Shown: positions 56,712 through 64,000 of the stretch, one piece after another
Position numbering within the stretch: position 1 is the first letter of the stretch
Layout: the number at the start of each line of letters is the position of its first letter
Source: Bacteroidaceae bacterium
Lineage (GTDB): Bacteria > Bacteroidota > Bacteroidia > Bacteroidales > Barnesiellaceae_A
DNA: 64,000 nucleotides
Direction: 5' to 3'
Assembly: GCA_017410245.1 (NCBI GenBank)
Contig: JAFQRE010000017.1
Location: 67,296-131,295, forward strand
The notes under the pieces: model-generated
Databases searched by the model: none
What the model was told of the DNA's origin: nothing
Seen by the model: only the letters and a program-made list of their open reading frames with translations
Program-made: the position numbers and the translations under genes

Positions 56712-58973
56712 CTATTGCTTGGAAGTTTGGGTTACAGCCTCTTTATATGCTTCTATATATTGGTCGGCGATGGTGCCGTCCCAGTTGTAGTTTTCCACTA
56801 TTTTGTTGTGGGCGAGTTGCTTCATGTTATGCAGTCGTTGTGTGTCGCTGCATAAATCGGTTATACACTCTATCCACTTATGAGAGTCGAGTTGAGGGAT
56901 AATCAACCCGTCTTTACCGTTGTCGATGATTGTCAATGCTCCGGCATTGTCGGTTGTAATAACCGGTAGGCCAAAGTACATCGCTTCAAGTATGACCATG
57001 CCGTAAATCTCGTAGTTGGTGGGTAATAGAAATAGCTGCGCCTTACTATATATTGCGGGTAGAGCTTCTTGAGGCATTCGTCCGGTAAAGATACATTTGT
57101 TTGGTGCTATTTGTGCTGCTTTGTTGCGACAAGTGTTGTATAGTGGTCCTTCTCCAACAATTACCATGACATAGTCTTCGGGAAGTTTGCCGGCTATCTC
57201 TATGAGGAATATAGGATTGCGACGATCTTCCAAAACACCTACATACAATAGCACTTTCTTTTCTCCTATTTGTGCTTGCAACTCCGGGTCTATTGTTCTG
57301 TCGGAGTTGAAACGTTGGGTGTCCAAGCCAATACGTGTGGGTAATGTTGCTTTGTCGGTGTATCGATGTATATAGTCCGATGCCATATTGGTTTTACAAC
57401 CAATACTTCCCACCTTGCGCAGTGCTACCCTACCTATGGTGTTGTTGAACGTGTTCTCGAGTTGCTTGAAGATGGGCTTTTGTGTCTCTTGATATGTGCC
57501 CTGAATGAGTGTTGAGGGTATATTGTTGTTGTGTGCATAACAAATGGTACGATATGTACCCCAAATACCCATATCGTGTGTTTGAATAATATCGGGACGG
57601 AGTGTGTCAAGCAAATTATTTAGACCCACGAAATGAGACATGGCTTGATGAATGCCATAGAACTTGAGATGGTATATATCTATGAACTTCCCATTCTCGG
57701 CTTCGATTGTGTGATGAGAGGCATTCTCTCCTGCCATGATTACCGATACTCTATATCCTCTTCGGCGCAGTGCTTTGCCCAATCCTATCTCTTGGCAATT
57801 GTATGAGTTGTGATTGATGACACTACCTCCACTACGTACAATAACAATGTGCTTGGTGTGTGCTTCTTGGTAGAACTTGAGATAACGTTGGGCTACAGCT
57901 TCGTCGGCATATATCTGTTGGTAGAACTCTAAGTTTGTCTCTATCTCTTGCTGACGTTGCTGAGACGTAGCCTGGAGCGTGAGTTCAAGAGTATGTTGTA
58001 AACTAACTCTATCGCCAGTGGCAAATAGGTGTGCTGCTTTGCTGGCGTTCTCTTTGAAAAAAGCTATGTCGGACAATACCAATGGCGTGCCGAAGTAGTA
58101 TGCAATGGAAAGAACACCACTCATTGTTGCGGAGAGGTATGGATATACCACACACGATGCCTTCCGGAAGAGTTGGCCTATCTCACTATCTTTGATGAAG
58201 CGCGAAATGTGTATTACATTGGGGTGCTTCTCTCGGTTTATAGTACCACGCCCGGTTATTACCAATTTGTAGTTTTGAGATATAGAGGCCGATTGGGTGA
58301 ATGCGTCGTACAATAGTTCTACACCCTTGTAGTGAGTGATGCCTCCAAAGAATAATATATACTTGTCTATCCCTTGTAATTCGGGGCATGAATCATTGCC
58401 CTTGCGCATCTCATCAGACACCAATGATGGGAATGGTGTGAGTGTGGCTGCCTTTTGGTATATCTCTGATAGTTGTTCGATTTGTCGAGGTGAACAGGTT
58501 GTGACATGATGCGAAAGGCGCAACATACGCATTGTGCCACGACGTATTATTTTGTTGAAAATTTTGTCTTTAAGTGGTATATTGCCATAGGCATGTGGCT
58601 GTATGTCGTGGGCTGTGTAGAAGATGTTGTATTTCTTACGTAACTTCTCTATCAAGTAGCCCATTGAAAAATCGCCGGTAACAAAATGTATGTCGCTGAT
58701 GTCATGCTTGTCGGCTGTATCGCAGATGGTGCGGTAGAGTGCGTATGGATAGAATTTATTTACTAAGTTGGTTGCCTTGCCGGCATTATTCTCAAGAAAG
58801 ATAACTCGAGAATGTAGTGCGGGGTCTATCAAACTACGATAGTTGCGGTTGCCTTTTGAAAGAAATATACCATATACCTCCAAGCCTTCGCATCGCGACA
58901 GAATGTTGAATAGATTGCTTCCAAAGGGAAGCATACCTATTGCATATTCGGTGGCAACAATCAGGAGTTTCAT
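56712..58973 (-). CDS. fused double glycosyltransferase (two GT4-like halves in one 753-aa polypeptide)
   Basis: The first half (about aa 1-370) ends with a GT-B C-domain pattern (YLSATMSGVLSIAYYFGTPLVLSD). The second half starts again at KHIVIVRSGG...GLGKALRRRGYRV and carries E-x7-E (EIYGMVILE) plus GLPVITTDNAGA. Confidence 0.7.
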   Translation of the reverse strand: MKLLIVATEYAIGMLPFGSNLFNILSRCEGLEVYGIFLSKGNRNYRSLIDPALHSRVIFLENNAGKATNLVNKFYPYALYRTICDTADKHDISDIHFVTGDFSMGYLIEKLRKKYNIFYTAHDIQPHAYGNIPLKDKIFNKIIRRGTMRMLRLSHHVTTCSPRQIEQLSEIYQKAATLTPFPSLVSDEMRKGNDSCPELQGIDKYILFFGGITHYKGVELLYDAFTQSASISQNYKLVITGRGTINREKHPNVIHISRFIKDSEIGQLFRKASCVVYPYLSATMSGVLSIAYYFGTPLVLSDIAFFKENASKAAHLFATGDRVSLQHTLELTLQATSQQRQQEIETNLEFYQQIYADEAVAQRYLKFYQEAHTKHIVIVRSGGSVINHNSYNCQEIGLGKALRRRGYRVSVIMAGENASHHTIEAENGKFIDIYHLKFYGIHQAMSHFVGLNNLLDTLRPDIIQTHDMGIWGTYRTICYAHNNNIPSTLIQGTYQETQKPIFKQLENTFNNTIGRVALRKVGSIGCKTNMASDYIHRYTDKATLPTRIGLDTQRFNSDRTIDPELQAQIGEKKVLLYVGVLEDRRNPIFLIEIAGKLPEDYVMVIVGEGPLYNTCRNKAAQIAPNKCIFTGRMPQEALPAIYSKAQLFLLPTNYEIYGMVILEAMYFGLPVITTDNAGALTIIDNGKDGLIIPQLDSHKWIECITDLCSDTQRLHNMKQLAHNKIVENYNWDGTIADQYIEAYKEAVTQTSKQ

Positions 58974-59068
58974 ATTGGTATTTTTTCTTTTATATTGTTA
59001 TGTAGGAACTTGCGACTTTAATGTGTATTGAGTGTGCTTTCTATCTCATTCCCTATGGAGTATAACAT

Positions 59069-60436
59069 CTAAGGTGACTCGGGTGAACGCATTTTACACT
59101 GGGGTGCTGTGTGTAGAAAGAAAAACAAAATCCATAATTGAGCTATCTGTAATCCTAACGGGGCGGGGTCTCCCATACCTTGCACCATAAAGCAGCAGAT
59201 AATACCTATCGAGGTCATTGATGCAATTTTATTTTCGATAGATAGGTCGCTGCGCAATGTGGGCTTGATTTTGTAGAAATGATAGATAAAGTACGATACG
59301 ATAAAGATAAATCCTATAATACCAAATTCGGCAAGCCAAATTATCCATATATTGTGTACGGGACGGTAGAAGAGGAATATATCGTATATAAGGTTGATGT
59401 CGCCCAACGAGCGGAAATTGAAGTTGGCGGTCATATATTGTACGTGGCTGTTGAGCCCCACACCCAGTACGGGGTTCTGTGAGAATACAAGCAAGCCAAA
59501 GTAGTAATGAAGCAAACGAGCTATCATCATCTCGTCCATGTTGCTGCCAATGAAGCTGTTGCGTAGTGGTGTGAGGAACACAGCAGCCAATGCAATGATG
59601 ATAATGGGCAGTATGCGGGTAAATATGTTCTTGACTGAGAATATAGATGAGTTTTGTGTCTTGAACAGTGATATGATTATTATAGAAGCAAAAACAATAG
59701 ACATCAGTGAACTACGCGAGTATGTGGGTATAAGTACCATTACTGTGGCTATGGTGAGGTACAGACTGCGACGCTTGCGGTAGTTGAGCATATAGCATGA
59801 GAGAAAGAAGCAATATATATAGCTCAAGTAGATACCCAATGGGTTGGGGTGGGCAAAAGTACCCGGGGCTCCGGGGCGCAACTCCGACCGAATAGATGCA
59901 CCTTCGCGGAAGAATGTAGCAATCTGTTTTATGCCTATTGCGTAGGCAAACACGGCTATACCTTCTAGAATGAGTGTATAGGTGAGTCCCTCATATACAC
60001 CCTTGATAATGACATCGGTAGAGGTGCTTGAGGTGACAATGTATAGGAATATGAGATAAGAGACGATATTGAAGATGGCTATTATTGTTCCTGTTTTGTT
60101 GATATTGGCCGGATTGAGTATATTGATGGCTATAAAAACAGCACCCAATAGTATCCACAACCAGTGTATGTTGGGGAGTCGCCACTGATTGCGTTTGGCC
60201 AGCAATGTAATAAATACGGGGGCTATAATCATATATACCTCTATACGTATCGTACTGCTGTATGGGGTGCTATCGGGTATTTCAAATAGTGTGAGACCGA
60301 AGTTGAGACAGTTTGTAAATACAAAAAAAGATATGAATATCTCGCTCCACTTGTCGTAGCTGAGGTTGCGGGAGTTTTGCAGTATCTTTATGGTATATAT
60401 GATTACCGATATTATGATTGTCAATATCGCTCCCAT
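59069..60436 (-). CDS. wzy: O-antigen ligase/polymerase family membrane protein (Wzy-like)
   Basis: 455 aa with about 10-12 hydrophobic helices and a larger loop with RSELRPGAPGTFAHPNPLG typical of the Wzy_C/O-antigen ligase family. Very AT-rich. Confidence 0.65.
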   Translation of the reverse strand: MGAILTIIISVIIYTIKILQNSRNLSYDKWSEIFISFFVFTNCLNFGLTLFEIPDSTPYSSTIRIEVYMIIAPVFITLLAKRNQWRLPNIHWLWILLGAVFIAINILNPANINKTGTIIAIFNIVSYLIFLYIVTSSTSTDVIIKGVYEGLTYTLILEGIAVFAYAIGIKQIATFFREGASIRSELRPGAPGTFAHPNPLGIYLSYIYCFFLSCYMLNYRKRRSLYLTIATVMVLIPTYSRSSLMSIVFASIIIISLFKTQNSSIFSVKNIFTRILPIIIIALAAVFLTPLRNSFIGSNMDEMMIARLLHYYFGLLVFSQNPVLGVGLNSHVQYMTANFNFRSLGDINLIYDIFLFYRPVHNIWIIWLAEFGIIGFIFIVSYFIYHFYKIKPTLRSDLSIENKIASMTSIGIICCFMVQGMGDPAPLGLQIAQLWILFFFLHTAPQCKMRSPESP

Positions 60437-60439
60437 GGC

Positions 60440-61834
60440 CTATTGTTTTTGTCGGGTTAGTACTCTCTTGGCATAAAACGATAGTGCTACTATACCTATG
60501 ACAAGCGTGGGTATTATCACATAGTTGGGAAGGGGGAGATATGATAGACAACCTCCTACAGCAAGTACAAGGAGCGATACATAGAAAAGCTTGTTGAGCG
60601 ATATCTTGAAGCAGAAGCGTATATCAAACAAGCGATATATCATCAGGTAGCAGTAGGCAATGATGAGCGATATAGATATACCCATCAGTCCCCAACGCTC
60701 AACGGTGAAGTAGTATAGTGCTATAGCTAATATGGCTGTTGAAATGATTGAGGGTAACCCGCGATAGGTCTTACGCGAGCATTGGTATGCCAAGTCGAGG
60801 AATGAGCCTATGGCATGTAGTTGTACGGCTAAGAAGAGCGGGAATATATATATATAGCTCTCTTGATATGCCTCGGCCACGATGTAGGGGTAGATTATGC
60901 GCAGTACCAATGTGGCCAATACAAGTGTCGATGATAGCAACAAGAAGTAGTTGTTGAATATCTTAGAGAAGAATGAGTTGCGATCGTGGGCATCGATCTC
61001 TTTGATGGCTGTCTCTTGCCATGTCTGGTAGAAGATGCTCGCTGCTATTTGCAATATATTAGAGAACTTGATGGCTACGGCAAAGATACCATTGTAGTCG
61101 AGTCCGAGATACTCTACAATAAACACCTTGCTCGAACTTTCTATGGCCCACCATGCCAATACATTGGGCAATAGGGGAATCGAATATCTCAACAATTCGC
61201 TTCCTACGCCTTTGTTATACTCCTTGCGGTGTTTGAAGTATTGCGGAAGGAGTCGGAGTTTCCACTCAATGATGACGAGCGATATGATGCGACTGATGAG
61301 ATTGGCCATGAATATTGCCAATACGCCCCATTTCAGTACTACCAAGAATATTATGCTCAGAATAAGTATAATAGAGGTATTGACAAGGCCTATGATTACA
61401 AAAAACTTGGTATGTCCCATGCCTCGCAACACTTGTATCATCACCTCGTAGCATGAGTAGGCTATGAGTGTGGCTACGATAATGGGGTAGTAGGCCAAGT
61501 GCGAAAGGTAGAAGTAGCCTATCACCGACAAGATGGCCACTATGATGCTATTGCGTGTGAGTGTTTTTATGATATACGAAATAACATCTTTGTGGGAGTA
61601 GGGGCAAGTCTTGTCAATGAGAAAACGGAATGCACCATCGCGCAGGTCGAAGGTTACAAACGGTACCAACAACATGATGAGTGTTATTGACATATCGAAG
61701 TAACCCATCTCCTCCTTGGCTAAGAAGAAGGTGTATAATGGCATCAGGGCAAAGGCAATGAGCTTTGCGCCCACTGTACCTACAGCGTATATCAAGAAAG
61801 TGTTGAGAAATTCCTTTCCTCGACTTCGTGCCAT
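60440..61834 (-). CDS. wzx: oligosaccharide flippase (Wzx / polysaccharide biosynthesis protein family)
   Basis: 464 aa, polytopic. N-terminus NTFLIYAVGTVGAKLIAFALMPLYTFFL is typical of MOP-superfamily Wzx flippases. Confidence 0.75.
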   Translation of the reverse strand: MARSRGKEFLNTFLIYAVGTVGAKLIAFALMPLYTFFLAKEEMGYFDMSITLIMLLVPFVTFDLRDGAFRFLIDKTCPYSHKDVISYIIKTLTRNSIIVAILSVIGYFYLSHLAYYPIIVATLIAYSCYEVMIQVLRGMGHTKFFVIIGLVNTSIILILSIIFLVVLKWGVLAIFMANLISRIISLVIIEWKLRLLPQYFKHRKEYNKGVGSELLRYSIPLLPNVLAWWAIESSSKVFIVEYLGLDYNGIFAVAIKFSNILQIAASIFYQTWQETAIKEIDAHDRNSFFSKIFNNYFLLLSSTLVLATLVLRIIYPYIVAEAYQESYIYIFPLFLAVQLHAIGSFLDLAYQCSRKTYRGLPSIISTAILAIALYYFTVERWGLMGISISLIIAYCYLMIYRLFDIRFCFKISLNKLFYVSLLVLAVGGCLSYLPLPNYVIIPTLVIGIVALSFYAKRVLTRQKQ

Positions 61835-61867
61835 TGTTATGATTTTTGTGTATTACTCTATATACTC

Positions 61868-64000
61868 TTATTTGCGTTTGCTCGACTGATTGTACCCATA
61901 TCCATATCCTGCCTTTGCTGTTGTAGCATTGACAACAAGTGATACGTTGCGTAGACGCTCATCAGTAACAAGTGTATTGCAATAGCGTATATAGTCGCGT
62001 TGTGTGTAGTTGGCTCGGCATACATATACCACTGTGTCTGATACGCGTGTGAGCGAGAATGTGTCGGATACCATGGCAACAGGTGCCGAGTCGATGATGA
62101 TATAGTCATATCGGTTGCGCAACTCATCGAAGAGTTCGGTCAAGCGGTTGCTCAAAAGAAGCTCTGATGGGTTGGGAGGTATAGGACCGGCTACAATCAC
62201 GTCTAAGTTGTTGCTTACACCACTGGTATTGATAATCTGGTCTACTGTCATTTCTTCCGATGCGAGGTAGTTGGTGATACCTGTGCGGGCAGGGATATTG
62301 ATGTAGTCCGACAGACGAGGATTGCGAATGTCAAGACCTATCACAACTACTCGTTTTTTGAGAAGCGACAATGATAGGGCCAAATTGACGCTGACAAACG
62401 ACTTACCCTCACCGCTGATAGATGATGTAACCAATACCACTTTGTCATTGCGGCCTGTAAGCAAGAATTGCAAGTTGGTACGCAACAGACGGAACAACTC
62501 CGATATTGGGCTGTTTTCGCCATCTTTGACAACGATAGCCTCTTTGCTGTTGTTGATACATACCTCGCCAAGTACCGGCAGACGTGTGATTTGTTGTAAC
62601 TCCTCGACGGTGCTGAACTTGGTGCGGAAGATAGCTTTGAGGTATAGATATACGGCAGGAATTACCAATCCTATCACAAAGCCTATAAATAGCAACATGA
62701 AGGTTGAGAGGCTTGAAGGCTCATTGTAGTTGTAGGCATAATCGACAATCTGACCTTTAGGCGATGCCATGGCCAATGTGATGGCGTTCTCTTCTTGTTT
62801 TTGTAGCAAGAATACGTACAACTCTTCTTTGATGGCTTTTTGGCGGTAGATAGAGATAAATTCACGCTCTTGTGTGGGCATATTCTTGATGCGCGACATG
62901 AATTTTTCATCTTGAGCGCGCAAGTCGGCAAGGGCTATCTCGGCACTCTCTTTGCTTGTCTCAATGGTGATGATAACATTGTTGCGAGAGGCATCAATTT
63001 GCTCCTCGAGCATCTTCAATGTGGGGCTACCGGGCTTGGCTGTATTGCTCATATTGAGGCGTTGCAATGCCAATTGGTTGTACTCCGATACGGCTCTTGA
63101 TGCCGATTCGCCCATGTCGGCCGAGAAGGGAACAAGAGCAAAGCGGTTTTCGGGGCGTGCTATAAACTCAAGAACGTATCCGAGTATCTTTACCTGAGTC
63201 TCTGTTTCGAGTAGGCGTGCGCGGAATTGCATGTCGTTCTCAAGCATAGCTTTAGCCTCGGCCTCTATGTCCGAGAGGTTGTTCTCTTTTTTGTAACTCT
63301 CTACTTTGCGTTCGGCATCGTCCAACTCCTTGGCTATGATGGCCAGACGCTCATCGATGAACTTGGCAGTGTTGCTTGCCTCAATGTTTTTATCGGTTAT
63401 GCCTCTCTCGTTGTAGAGGGCAACGATAGTGTTCAAAAGCTCTTTGCCATAGGCTACATAGGGTGTCTCGATGGTGAGTCTTATGAGGCTCGAAAGTTTG
63501 TCGGGAAGGAATATGTCTATGTTCTTAGCTATCTTTTCGGCCATGTTGTCATATCCGCTCACCTTCACATTGTAGTCGTATTTCTCGCCTTGTATGTAGT
63601 CGGGTGTTGTTGTTACAATAAAGTCGCCATAAATAGTGTTGATTGTAGCAGGCAACTGCGCATCTTTTACGTTGGCATACGAACCGAAGAAGCCTTTCTT
63701 TATCTTTATGTCGGCAGTGCCATCTTTATCTACTTTTATCTTGAAGTTGAGTGTGCGACCCAGTGTGTCGCAAACATTATTGATGTCGATAACATCAATG
63801 GCATAGCCACTATATTGGGTAAATCGTTTCAAGAAATTTTTCTTGTAGATGTGCGTTTTGTTGAGTTGCATATCTACGGCTGTCTCACGGAAGAGTGAGT
63901 GTGATGTGATAATGTTTATTTCATCATCTACCGAAACACCTTGTCCCATGAGCGCACCGAAGCCCATTTGTTGCATAAAGGCTCCTCCCAAACTGTTGCT
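61868..64000 (-). CDS. wzc: polysaccharide co-polymerase / tyrosine autokinase (Wzc/GumC type), N-terminus outside the window
   Basis: Chain-length-determinant coiled-coil region and a TM helix (FMLLFIGFVIGLVIPAVYLYL). Walker A SGEGKS, Walker A' VIGLDIRNPRL, Walker B YIIIDSAPV, and Tyr-rich tail GYGYGYNQ. The reading frame stays open to nt 64000; the ORF-track start is an internal TTG. Confidence 0.85.
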   Translation of the reverse strand, partial: SNSLGGAFMQQMGFGALMGQGVSVDDEINIITSHSLFRETAVDMQLNKTHIYKKNFLKRFTQYSGYAIDVIDINNVCDTLGRTLNFKIKVDKDGTADIKIKKGFFGSYANVKDAQLPATINTIYGDFIVTTTPDYIQGEKYDYNVKVSGYDNMAEKIAKNIDIFLPDKLSSLIRLTIETPYVAYGKELLNTIVALYNERGITDKNIEASNTAKFIDERLAIIAKELDDAERKVESYKKENNLSDIEAEAKAMLENDMQFRARLLETETQVKILGYVLEFIARPENRFALVPFSADMGESASRAVSEYNQLALQRLNMSNTAKPGSPTLKMLEEQIDASRNNVIITIETSKESAEIALADLRAQDEKFMSRIKNMPTQEREFISIYRQKAIKEELYVFLLQKQEENAITLAMASPKGQIVDYAYNYNEPSSLSTFMLLFIGFVIGLVIPAVYLYLKAIFRTKFSTVEELQQITRLPVLGEVCINNSKEAIVVKDGENSPISELFRLLRTNLQFLLTGRNDKVVLVTSSISGEGKSFVSVNLALSLSLLKKRVVVIGLDIRNPRLSDYINIPARTGITNYLASEEMTVDQIINTSGVSNNLDVIVAGPIPPNPSELLLSNRLTELFDELRNRYDYIIIDSAPVAMVSDTFSLTRVSDTVVYVCRANYTQRDYIRYCNTLVTDERLRNVSLVVNATTAKAGYGYGYNQSSKRK

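Overview
This is a Bacteroidales-type chromosomal segment, judged from TAnnTTTG promoter boxes, T9SS type A C-terminal sorting domains and the gene families present; the exact taxon cannot be decided from this window. Layout: (1) 1-11.5 kb holds the universal tuf / tRNA-Trp / secE / nusG / rplKAJL / rpoBC cluster. (2) 11.6-19.2 kb is housekeeping: FKBP isomerase, LemA, glycyl-tRNA ligase, and parC with a tightly linked outer-membrane protein and S41 peptidase. (3) 19.3-25.4 kb is a CAZyme cluster without SusC/D (GH28, DUF4861, GH43) that encloses a T9SS-sorted tandem-domain protein of unknown function. (4) 25.4-35.4 kb is housekeeping on the minus strand: DUF4252, tRNA-Leu, yidC, pyrG, a perR-like regulator with reverse rubrerythrin, lysA, lysC, ftsE-like, TlpA-like, tRNA-Pro. 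(5) 35.6-39.5 kb encodes envelope proteins: DUF3078-like, a lipoprotein, a lipocalin-like protein and Wzi-like. (6) 39.8-50.1 kb has two back-to-back giant T9SS cargo genes (1347 and 2093 aa). (7) 50.2-53.2 kb is a tandemly duplicated two-gene cassette (DUF4136-like lipoprotein plus small OM beta-barrel). (8) 53.3-64.0 kb is a Wzx/Wzy-type polysaccharide locus that runs off the window edge. I found no CRISPR array, integrase, transposase, toxin-antitoxin pair or recognisable phage-defence module. The strongest candidate for something undescribed is the giant T9SS cargo pair. In particular, the 2093-aa protein contains an internal alpha-helical module ending in a glycine-zipper-like hydrophobic hairpin, which is unexpected in a secreted or surface protein. 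All family assignments come from motif recognition by eye; no searches were run.
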